Of a DNA stretch of 64,000 bases, positions 25,801-39,694 are shown piece after piece. A program made the position numbers and the translations under genes. This DNA is from Entomortierella parvispora E1425. Its lineage: Eukaryota > Fungi > Mortierellomycota. The stretch lies in NCBI GenBank assembly GCA_020891255.1, contig BQFW01000004.1:2604001-2668000 (forward strand), written 5' to 3'. How positions within the stretch are numbered: the stretch's first letter is position 1; each line of letters begins with the position of its first letter. Below the pieces are notes generated by a model, which saw only the letters and a list, made by a program, of their open reading frames with translations, was not told the DNA's origin and did no database searches.

Positions 25801-25893
25801 TGGGATGGAGAGTATGCTGTCAGCAATTGGGATGTGATAGGCAAAGGCGAGACCGGTGAGAAGACCGATCACGAACCAAACGAGGGTCCACAT
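19845..25893 (-). CDS. Very large phosphatidylinositol-phosphate kinase (PIP5K/Mss4/Its3-like catalytic domain)
   Basis: Motifs: FIDHAPQVFHAIREQF, GKSGAIFF, RFLLKT, NPNTLLPRYLGMY, RYDFKGS, TLKEVDF, FMDY|SMLVGI (intron 21868-21772), YYFGMVDILQRY, VSVEEPGRYAERLIEFM. A probable in-frame intron lies at 25798-25700. Confidence 0.9.
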
Positions 25894-27118
25894 TTGAGAA
25901 GGGAAGTTGTATTATTCGATAGGTTGGAGAAAGTATGTGGTGTTGTTACAAACGAGGTTCAGAAACGAAAAAAAGGACAAGGATACGAAAACGAAAAGGA
26001 AAGCGATAGGTACAAAGCAAGGAACGAATGAGCGAATGAATGTCGAAATGGAGAGAAAAGGGAAGAATGATTCTTCTCCATCGATGGGTGACAATGAACA
26101 AGCTGCAACAAAAAAGGGGGAAAAGAGGGAAAGGTCCGAGGAAGAGACAGGGAGGGGGTCAGTACAGGGTCAGGAACAAGAGTTGTCCATGTTGGCCCGA
26201 CTGGGGGGGACATTGGCCCTGGGCATTGAATTCCCAAGGAGGGAGTGACTGGACATGGTCATGCACCTGGGTGCGGCCCCCACGGGTCTTGTCTGACGAA
26301 CTGTTGGACGACTGTTTGTGGATGACAACATTGGCACAGAACTGACAGGGGTCGAAGGTCAAAAATAAAAAAAAGGGGTAAAAGGCAAGCACATGGTATC
26401 TCTGATCGGTCGAGAGGATGAGCCAAGAGTGCCGTGAAGGAACCTGGTGCTGGGGATTGTGCAAGTCCATTCCAGACAGGAACAAGATCATGAGGGGCGG
26501 TTCCTGAGGCACCGTTCCTGATTTGCGTGACATTTTTTTTTTTAAAAAAAAGACGCGTCCTTCGTCGCGTCGCTGTTGGTTAGACAGGCAGGTCTGTCCT
26601 ACAACAAGGGTTGCGCGGGACTCTCGTGTGGAGATTTGCTCATGAATTCCTCCTCTTTCCTTCTTGTGCTGTTCCTCCTAGGAAGAGGCAAGGAAAGGAA
26701 AGAAGGAATGCGAGGAAGGAGGCAGGTCAAGGGGACGCTTTTCAGAGAAGCAAGGGAGCGGCGAATGGACAGACGCGAGGAAGCGAGGACATCGGAACAG
26801 AGAAGAGAGAAGGAAGCACAGAATGATGCACCGCTCCCCTGCTGTCTGCTCAGCTTTTTTGTCCTTTTCTGTCCTTTTCGCTGTCGGAAGAGGTCACCTG
26901 ACAGCCACGGCCGCTCTTTTTTTCTTTTTTTTTGTTCCCGCAGGGATACAAAAGCTCAGCGCGGACGCGCTCTTTTTCTCTCTTTCCGCTCAGTGTCTCT
27001 TCTTCTCCACTTCTCTCCTTCCCTTCCTTCTTTCCTTCCTTCCTTCCTTCTCTCAAGCTCTTCCTTCCAGCCACTCCCTCTTTCACCCCCTTTCCCCACC
27101 TTTAACAGCAGATTCACC

Positions 27119-29564
<2,446 letters not shown>

Positions 29565-30049
29565 AATGGGCGTTCACTTTTTTTATTTTCTTTTTTTTCA
29601 ATGTCCAGTCTTTTGTGTATGATCCCCCTTTCATTTTGCAACGCACGAAATAAATCCACTCACTCAGCACTGTCCCTTGCACACACGCCTGCGTAAGGTT
29701 GTTTATGAAGAAGGCAAAAAAGAAAAAAAAATCGCGGGAGAAAAGAGGACTGTGCATGTGCATGAGGGCATTTTTTTTTTTTTTTTTTTTTTTTTTGGCC
29801 TTGTGCCACCAAGCCTTCCCAACAGACAAATGTTGGAATGTGGTTCACATCAAAAAAGCGGAACGCGAAAAATAGCGGGAAAGAGAGAAAGAAAATATCA
29901 AAATATACATCCGGGTCCACATGATGGACCATGGACTTGGGAAAAGGTTGGAGAGGGGTGGTGGAGGATTGTTTTGTTTTTATTGTTTTTGTCATCCAAA
30001 ACGAACGCGTACAGGCGCATGCGCGTGCTGGGCGCCACAGTATGGTTAT

Positions 30050-33000
30050 CTAGATGCCCTCGAGTTCGATTGTATATTGAGGGTCTTGTGCTTGTCGGAC
30101 TTGAGTGGGCACGAGACGTCGAGTGGTGGAACCAGGCTTCTCGTACTTGATGACAGGCTGGACATGGGCGTCGTATCGACTAAAGGCCCGAGTATTCTCT
30201 GTGACTTCCTGAAGGGCAGCTTTTTTGACATAGGGACCCTGACGAGGGCCAGGGCCCTGACTCTCCTGACCTAGTTGACCAAGGGAGGATGAAAGCATCG
30301 AGAGAACCAGGAAGGCCAAAATCACCATGGCAATGCAGGTCAAGTTGGGGATCGACGCCAGCCACCGCAGAGGGACCTTGCTTCTACGCACGGACTCGGG
30401 GAGCGGCAAGGGCAAAGACTGCAACAGCGATTGCCACTATTTAAGAGAGAAGACCGCGAATAGTCAAAAGAGATGTCAGAAAACATTGGTCATGAAATAC
30501 TGTCCAAGAGAAAAAGAGGCCATCCTTTTTTTTTTTTTTACCTTTGGTGTCAAGTATGCTTCCCCTTGCCTCGTCCAGTTCACCAAAAACTCGACCTCGT
30601 ATGAAAGAACGAGTTCCTCAGCACGGGGTCCAGATCCCACCACATCATCAATGGGCTTCTTTTGCAATCCCTTGGGCACATATCGCCTCCGTCTCTCAGC
30701 TCCCAACAAGCCCCGAGACTCACTCTCCTCCACTGGGGAGATCAAGGCATCCAGTTGCTCAGGCGTCATGGCACTGCCATGCTCCAATGTTCCCTGCTGC
30801 TGCTTCTCAAAAGACTCCACGACACTGGGGTAAAGATCAAAAACCTCCCCAACCATGGCCTTGGTGTCCTGAAGGGCCTTCACCTCTCTCTTGTAAATGG
30901 CTGGATCCTGGGCCACGACCTTGGGTGGTGGCTGTGCGAAAAAGTTGTTCATGGCCGACATCACCATGCTCGTTACAGATGTCTCTCCTTGCACAGGCTT
31001 GTCCTTTGCTTCGATGGCGTTGATTCGCTCCTGCCTTACAATAATCGCGTTGCCAAGCTTGATCAGGATCATGCGGATCTACGAAAGCGAAAAGAAACCG
31101 AGCAGTGTGAGTTTTCGCTTCTAGTTTTTCATTTGTTCATTTTCATCATTATAATCACCTTGCTGCGAGCTGGTCCTTCCACCAAGAACAAGGCTTCGTA
31201 TTTGTGATGGTGTCCCTCGAATTGATTCACTTGCACTTGAAGGGCGCGAGTCATAGAGGCAAGGAAGGCAGATGTCGCATCCGGTCGAGAGCTTCCCAGG
31301 GAAAATCCAGACTCTGAAAGCGGCTCAAAGGCAGCATACGAGGATTCCGTGAAATTCTCGGGCCAGACAAGGACCTGTTCTGCAACCTTGAGAATCTCCT
31401 TCAGTTGATCAGCCTTGTAAACCTTCATGACCTTTTGAATCGAACGAAGTTCCTTTGTTAGCGTCAGGGGTGCGGGTGTGACTGAGGTCCTGTTCGACTG
31501 TGTTGGTTCCGAGAGGCGAGGGAGGTAAAGGGTCAAGAGGGACGTGTAAAACAACAGATTATCAAAAACGAATGGTTGCCTAATAAAAAGTTTGCGATCA
31601 GAAGAGTCTGGTTAGCATGTCATTCACGGTATTTGATTTCCTGAAGGGTGATAAGACTTGCCATTTCTCAGACACAATATCGCCGCTCACGGAAGGATCC
31701 CGTCGTCCGTAGCGCCAGGGCGTGATCCATGTCATCCAGGTATCGATAAGACTGGGAAAAGTATCATCCAAAGGCCAGAACTGAATTCCTGCCTTGAGGA
31801 ACAGGTAAAGCTGAGGCCGGATGTATTGGTAAGCGCTGCGTCTTGCCATACCGGCAGAATTCAAGACAGTTTTCCCAGAGGTATCTACTACATGTGTGGG
31901 CAATTGGTCGCCTCCTAGAACATATTGCGAGATGTCATGACTGGCCAAATGTGAAATCAAAACGCTTAAACACTCTGCAACATCGGCTCCTGGCTGGACA
32001 TAGCGTACCATCTATGAGTTTTTGAGTTGTTGATGAAATAACGGTAAAGTCTGGTCAGCAGATGCGTGCATTGAACAATGTCCCCCCCTCCCCCCTTTTG
32101 CATCTTGTGTTCATTCCATACCCTGTTGTCAACAGCACGGTCGTTTTGGCTCATCCAGAGCTCCACAAGTGTCCCGACAAAGAACTCTGATATCGAGAGT
32201 TGAGTTTGATGTCTGTCCGCAGAATTTTCAATGATTTGGTCCGTGAAGATATTGGATGGGCGAGGTTTGAATCCTTGCTCGGGTACTGGGCTCGAGATAT
32301 CTCTTGGCCTCTCTGGTGCAGGCAAGAAATATCCAAGATAACGCTGGTATAAGTTGAAAAAGGATCCATCCACAAGGACCCTCGATGTTGGTGGTTTGGG
32401 TGCTGTTCCCGTTGCCCAGGTTGGCTGACGATGTGCGCCTGCGGCTACAGGGACTGGTGGAGGGGCACTGATCTTAAATGCCAGTTTGGGGTCGGTCTGG
32501 AAGTGAAAGGAAAGCTCATTTAGTAATGCATATTCTCCTGCCACGCAATATTAACGGACTGGTCGATAATTTGTCTGACTGGTTCTCCTACCCTTCTCAG
32601 TCCTCGTCCATTGATATCGTCGTCATCCAATGTCAAAGCATAAGCAAAATAAAAGAGAAAGTATTCCAGCATGTCTAGCAGATGATACGGGGCGATGGAG
32701 GTTAGGTACGAGTTGACTTTTACGAGACTCCTTTCAAACGTTTCAAAGTCCTGAGCGTACTAAAGTTGAGGTTCACTCGTGTGATCTGCGCCACTGCCTT
32801 TTGATCGCCAATGGTTGTTGTCGTCTTGACTAAATTCACGCGTGCCAGGTAGATGGATGGAAGACTGAGATAATGGGCTGGATCGAGTTTCGACTGTGTC
32901 CTTCTCTGTGATGACAGAACGCAGTGAAGAAAAGCAAGGAGAAAAAAAGAGAGTCAATTCACTGAGCAACGACGGTCGACCTGCAACCGATACAAAGACT

Positions 33001-33456
33001 CGGTTTCCTTCCTGATCATTTGACGTACTGGAAAAGAATCTGCGTTCATTTCATAAATGAATCCAGTGTCCAGATAACGGCTTAAAAGAAAGCGCATGAG
33101 GATACCCTTGGGCTGGATCAGCTCAAAGAGAGGCTCCTCCTCGGCCTTGGAGAGTGGCAAGTGCAGCCAACCCCTGTTCAACATGAACCAAAGGAGAATG
33201 CAATTTAGTAACTTGGGTTTGATTCCTGACGAGAAGTAAAAGGTGACTTTCAGTCGAGTTGGATTCCTTTTGCAAGGAGCGCCCATTACCGTGAGTCCTT
33301 AGATCCGTAGAGGATCTGGCACAGCTTAGGCAGGAATTCATAAAAGGTCTTTGCATGAGCGTCGGATTCGAAACACTGCATCAGATGGCTGGTCAGGTTG
33401 GCGCAGGCTGTGGGCACAGAGCCAACCAAGAGGCGCTCCAGATTCTCAAAGCTCAT
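30050..33456 (-). CDS. SMPD4: Sphingomyelin phosphodiesterase 4 (nSMase3/NET13) homolog, multi-exon, with a C-terminal transmembrane segment
   Basis: N-terminus MSFENLERLL...FYEFLPKLCQILYGS..GWLHL. Central QLYLFLKAGIQFWPLDDTFPSLIDTWMTWITPWRYG resembles the metazoan SMPD4 segment LYLFL..CF..WPLD.SF..VLE.WLSYLQPWRY as I recall it. Also LVLSYEVEFLV, and PLRWLASIPNL followed by a hydrophobic helix. Confidence 0.8.
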
Positions 33457-33997
33457 TCTCAGACTGATCCTTTTGGGTGTTGTGATGGGTCCAGTTGATT
33501 GAGTCGAGGGGTGTCGAGTGCGATGGGTCCAGGTGAAGAAGAAGGGATCTGCAGTCGTGAACAGCGAAGAGGCGATGCATTGAACGCGCCAAAAAAAAAA
33601 AAAAGAAAATGCAGCGCACGTGACTGTGAGATGAAGAGACCCTTAATAACATCTCAAAAAGATCTTCGTCCCAGCAAGCCAACAGGCGACAGAAGCATCG
33701 ACCGAACGACAAGCAGAACCCAGCAGCGTGAGGTCTCAGCGACATGCATTTATGGTGGATTTATTATTGGTATTATTGGTCGGACATTGTCGCATACAAA
33801 AAATAAGAGATCGTGTCCTGATTGTATCCCGAAAGGATTGGAAAAAAAAAATATTTGAAAATAGGCAGTGAGCGCCTGAAAGAACGCGAAAGGCCTCCCA
33901 CACTGTTCTCTCCATTGGGGTCGGGGTATCCCAGATAGCGCGACTCTGGAAGAAAAAAGAACAAAGGGACGCCAAAACCTGTTACTTCCTTCTATCT

Positions 33998-36354
33998 TTA
34001 CTTGCGCTTGGGGGAAAGTCCAACCTGCAAGGACTCCAACTCGGCTTCCAGAGCCTTGATGTGAGAGTGCTCGGCCTCCAAATCCTTGTTGAGTCTGTCG
34101 CGCTCGGCAATCAGCTGCTGTTCCCAAGATCTGAAGCGGTTCTCCTCCAAGCGAACCTGTTCCGTGAAACGCTTGCGAAGAGCCTCCTCCTCTTCCTTCC
34201 ACTTGGGGTTGGTCACAGTCTTGACCCTGGAGGTGATGTGAATAAAAAAGAAAGAATGGGCGAAATCATTTAGTTCTCATTCTTCAGCTTCCATGACTCG
34301 TACAATATCCACAAAATGACCAGAAACTTACTTGGGCTCGCCAATCTTGCGAGTTTCCATCTGGGTATGACGATAGTTCTCGTAGTGGGTCTCCTCGGTG
34401 GAGCTGATAAGGTCCAACATGTGTGTGCGGATGAGCAACTGGCGAAGCTTCTTGAAGTCGCAGTGATCCTCGTTCTCGACTGGAGTATTAAGAGATGTAG
34501 TATTTGTATGATGAGCTACCGCACTTTACAATATCAAGATTACAAAATACCCTTCAGTAGCTTACCCTCAGCAACACCCCAAGAGTACTGGCGACCCTTG
34601 ACAGTGCGACCATCAATGGTAACAACATCATCCGTGCTTCCGATAATGGAGAAAGGCATGGCAGCCTACAATAATACAGGTAAAAGACTAGTTAGAATCA
34701 TTTTCCCTCAAAGATACTGTCGGCTAAAAGCCATGGCAGGTACGTACCATGATGTTCATGTTGCGCTTGGTGCTGGCCTCATCGTCACTCTCAAGAGGGA
34801 AGGTGTAGCATTGAATGTTCTGGGCAGCAATGACCTCCAAGATCTACGAAAACAACAAGAAAAAGGGCCAACCCATGTCAATTCGTGTTGCTACCTCAAA
34901 CATAAAAGCTGATAATGCATCCAATGACCGCTGATGTTAACATACGCGCTTCTTGAACTTGTGCAAATCGGTGGGGGTCAGGGTATCAGCCTTGGCAATG
35001 ACGGGGATCAAGTTGACTCTGGTTCCCAAACGTTTCATAACCTCAATATCCAAAGGCTTGAGGGTGTGGCCAGTGGGGCGAATAAAGTACAAACAGCAGT
35101 GTACACGCATGTCGCTCAACTCCTGACGCTTGGGCTGCTGCTCCTGGCGCATGTAGGACTCGTGCTGATCATCGATAAAGTCAATAATGGGCATCCAGCT
35201 GTCGCGGTTGTTGGTATAATCTCCAAATCCAGGTGTGTCAATCACGGACAGCTTGACGTTGAACTGCTTCTCCTCCAGCTCTGTGAACAACAATGACAAA
35301 AGTTGGGATACAAGTTAGTCTTTTTCATCTCAAAATAAGAACTACTTTTTTTTGCAAGTCCTTTCATTTCTGAGTGTTGTTTTTGAGAGCACTCTTCGAA
35401 TGGACCATCATTTTGAGGGAAGAAGGAAAAAAAAGAAAAGTGCTCAGAAACTGCAGGCAAAGAGACAGAGATCCAGCTGTTGAAGGAGGGTGATAGGGTC
35501 ATTTCGGTATCCCACATTTCAAATTGCTTGGTGGCAAGGTCAAGGCAATCCCTCTGTCGTGCTTTTGTGAGTGAACCACCGCAAAAGGGCCTGGCCGTTT
35601 TGGGTGGACTAAAAGGCCCAAAGCGGCCGCCAGAGATGCTGAAAGAAAACCAAGGAGAAGGAGAGGCAGAGACGGAAAGAGCAAGTTTGCAAGGAAGGGG
35701 GCTCCCATGCTCAAAGAATAGCTATAACACACACGCTGAAGGACGATAGGCAAGGAGAGAGCCAGCAGCAAGTGAGCCAGCAAAGGAAGGCAGGTAGTCA
35801 AAGAGAAGAACCAGAGAAGCAGAGAGGGGAATAACGCCACGCTAACCGCGCCGGAGGCATGAACAACAGGAACTCGCGTGTGGATAGTTGAAAGAGTGGG
35901 GTCATCCAGCGCGATGACAGATGAAGGAAGGGGGGTTGGTTAGGAACAAGAAGAATGCTGGATGCAGAAAACATACCAGCGCGGATGATCTCGATTTCAA
36001 CAGTCTTCTCGGCCGACTTGTTGAAGCGGCGCTTCTGGTTCTTGGGGGTCTTGATGGAGGTGGTGAAGAGGGTGTTGATGAAGGTAGTCTTGCCGAGTCC
36101 AGACTCGCCTACAAGTGGGGAAGGGAGAAAGGGAGCAGAGTATGATTAGCCACGACTGTGTTTGTTTTCCAGTTGCTGTGGATGGACAGTGTTACATGCA
36201 GAACAACCATGCATGCAACACCGTCAGTATCAGTCAAGAGGGGCTCGAACATACCGCAGACCATCAGGGTGAAGTTGGCACCGCTCTTGGCGACAATCTT
36301 ATGGCGCTGGTTGGGCAAGTTGGCAATGCCAATACCGGCTCCGGAGGATGACAT
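33998..36354 (-). CDS. CDC12: Septin, Cdc12/Spn4/AspC group, multi-exon
   Basis: [28 protein letters not shown]|[56 protein letters not shown], and a C-terminal coiled coil. The N-terminal signature is typical of the Cdc12 group. Confidence 0.92.
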
Positions 36355-37581
36355 TATGGGAGGGTTCTAGGACGGTGGGGGGGAGGGAACGGGGAACGGG
36401 GATGGAGTGATGTGGATGGTGAGAGGGCGTGGAGATGAAAAGCAAAGAGATGCAAAGACGGCGGGAGATGAAGAGATGATGAAGGGGCGTGTTGCGTGCA
36501 CTTGCGGGGAGGATGGATGGTGTGTGCCACCGTGCTCTTAATTGAAATGACTCTCTGTAAGTGCATGCATGCATGGTTCATCACGTGATGCTGGTGCCTG
36601 GATTGGTATGTCACGTGTGTCCTGAATCTCATCTTTTTTTTTTTTTTTTTTTGGCCGCTGCACTTTTCTGGTTGAAGGGACAAACGGACATGCTGGAGAG
36701 ACCAAGGAAAGTGAGCACTGAGAACTCTAACTGGCACTAAAACAGAGTGGTAGACTATCAAAACAGACGTCGTCCTACTCACCTCACGATGGGGAGGAGA
36801 CAGCCAGCTCTGAGCACGACGACAGCCTTTTCGCCACACGCGTGTGGACAGCAGATGACAATTGAAGTGAAAAGGTTGAAGGTGCTTGCTTGCTTACGTT
36901 GATACCACATCATCCGTCCATCCATCCAACAGCCTTGCTGGATACACTGCAACCGATGTGGCGTATCAGCGTGCGTGCAGTGGACTTGCCAAGCCCAAAG
37001 AGTGCCGATTGTTCCTGAAGAAACACAAAAGGGACAACTCAGTCCGCTGGACAGACGCAAACTCTGGCGGGCCGTGAGAGGCGGAGTGGACTCACAAAAG
37101 AGAAAAAACCGGCCTTGTTTGCACTTGTGCAATGACATTGGCGCGAAAGCCCAAAAAAAGACGACAAGGGACAATTGTTGGCCCATTGGGCTGTCGCACA
37201 TGCATCTCCCTCCGCTGGACAAGACTTTTTCCCGCCCACCCGACCCTTGGGAGGATGGCGGTGCTCTTTTTTTTTTTTTTTTTTTTTTTCAAGTTCACTT
37301 TCCTGTCCAGCCTGGCTTGCCGCCCCTTTTCTTCGTCGTCGTCGTCCCTGTCTCTGTTCCTCTCCCCCCTTCCTTCTCTTTCTCTCCCTTTCTCTCCTCT
37401 CCTCTCTTCACTCTCGCATTTCTAACCCTGTGCCCTGCTTGACCATCTGCCATCCCCCCTCACCCATCCAAAGGGACATCTCTCCACATCGCAATCTCCA
37501 CCGGACCCAGAGGTTGTTTGTCAGCTTTTCTGTCACTGAACCACCTTTCCCTCAGCCCGTCATCCCCATATACCTGCAGCC

Positions 37582-39503
37582 ATGTCGGCTCCTGTTTGTC
37601 CTCCCTCCGATAACGAGCTCTCGGAACCCGGCACGTTCTTTGATGGCGACAGTATCAACTGGAAACGTAAGGCAGCGCGCTCCCTGCAACTCCATTTTTT
37701 TTATCGAGGATTCACGCCGACTCGACTCTAAACACCCTCGGCCGACTCTTTTTTTTTCCACCCACTTTCCATTATTAGGTCACTACATTGGATGGGGCAT
37801 CGCTGGTCTGGCCGCCCTTATTGCCACGCTCATCTCCTTCAGACTCCTGTACAAGCATGCTCGCAACTACACAAAGGTAAAGTGGCTGACTGCCTGTAAC
37901 CCAAAACGTTGACAAACAAATATTGCCCGAGATTTTGTCCGGGGTCTGTGTCCATGTGAAGCCCTGTGCCTGTGCTGGGCCCAAAACAACCACAAAAACC
38001 ACATATTGGCTATTTTGGCGTCCAAGTGTTTTCCTCATATAGCTCTCGTTTAATGAACTTTTTCCCAATTCGTTTCGTTTTTCCTCATGGCCCTAACGCG
38101 CGCGCGCTCTCTCTTTTTTCCTTGTATTCCCTTATTGTAGCCAACAGAGCAGCGCCAGATCATGCGTATTCTGCTGATGGTTCCAATTTATGCAATCATT
38201 TCGTTCTTTTCCTACCGGTTCTACAAGGAGGCGATCTACTACGAGACTATTCGGGACTGTTATGAGGCCTTTGTCATCCACTCCTTCTTTACTTTGCTCT
38301 TGACTTACCTGGGTGACAGTCAAGAGGCTCGACATGCAAAGATGGTCGACAACTTGCCAAACAGGAAAAAGTGGCTGTTCCCCTTCTGTTGCGCGTTTTA
38401 CAACCCTCAGAGCCCCATGTTCTTGTACTACATGAAATACGGCATCCTGCAGTACGTGCTGGTCAAGCCCATTACCACCATTGCTGCTGTCATCCTCCAG
38501 TACTACAACTTGTACTGCACCACTAGTTACAACTTTCACTTTGGAAACGTCTACATCACCATTATCGACTTTGTTTCCGTTTCCCTGGCCATGTACTGCC
38601 TGATTGTCTTTTACTCCAACATCAAGGACGAGATTGCAGAATACAGTAAGCCCCACCTCTCTTCAAAGGATCGCTCTACATGTACATTATTTTCAAAGGA
38701 ATTTCTAACTTTTTTCTTTTTCCATGTTCATAGAACCGTTGTGGAAGTTCCTTTGCGTCAAGCTGGTTATTTTCTTTGTCTTTTGGCAGACATGGCTTTT
38801 GAACATGTTGGGCGATTTCCACGTGTTCCAGGCCACAGAATACTGGACCGTGGACAACATTGAGATTGGTATCTCGGCCCTGTTGGTCTGTGTCGAGATG
38901 GTGATCTTCTCCATCATGCACAACTACTCGTTCCCGTACCAGCCCTATGTGGTGCCAGGCGAGAGCACCCGCCTGGGCAAGTCCTTGCGCGATGGTTTCA
39001 ACCCTATGGATCTGGTCCGCGAGGTGGGCTGGGCTTGCCAGGACGTGGCTTACCTCTGCATGGGACGCCCTCTCCCTGTCAGGGATGGACACCTCAGCGG
39101 CAGCCTCACGCGTGCCAACACGCTTCGTCAAAATCGTTTTTCAAAGGTTGGAAACAACAAGGGCGGCTTGGGTCGCAAGGGCTCGAATGATGTTGACACC
39201 GTCGTGGATCCTTCGGCCTTGGAAGCTGGTGTGGGTGGCCAGGGCAAGTTCGTGACGGACCCTCATCAGAATGCTCCTCTCTTGAGCCATATCGATGGTC
39301 GCAACCAGAACAACTCCTCGCCTTATCCCTTTGCCTCACCAGGTGTGGGACACGAGTCTTATGAGATGACGCCTCATCAGGCTCAGCAGCAACAGCAACA
39401 AGAGCAAGACCGGCTATACCAGCAGCAGCAGCAGTACTATCAACAACAGCAGCAACAACAAGACGTGTACTCTTCAAGGCCCACCGATGGTTACCAGTAC
39501 TAG
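37582..39503 (+). CDS. TMEM184 / organic solute transporter alpha (Solute_trans_a) family membrane protein
   Basis: Exons ~37582-37666, 37779-37876, 38141-38646, 38734-39503. Motifs: HARNYTKPTEQRQIMRILLMVPIYA, YETIRDCYEAFVI, LQYVLVKP, PLWKFLCVKLVIFFVFWQ, LVCVEMVIFSIMHNYSF. Gln-rich tail. Confidence 0.93.
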
Positions 39504-39694
39504 GACTTGACACTTTCATAGAAAACTGCACACCATACCGTACCATACCATATATCAGGGATCTTTCATCCATAGTCATTATATGAACATCTTCACAAAA
39601 ATAATATTCCCCCCCTCCCCCTCTTCTCCGGTGTACGGACCATATTTACCCGTTCAAGAATGGAACTTTTTAATTGTGAAGTCTAGAAGATTTT

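Noticed and set aside
26576-27118. Apparent 181-aa N-terminal extension of beta-tubulin in the ORF track
   Set aside because: It starts at a non-ATG codon and runs through CT-rich 5' leader sequence. Tubulin must begin at MREI (27119).
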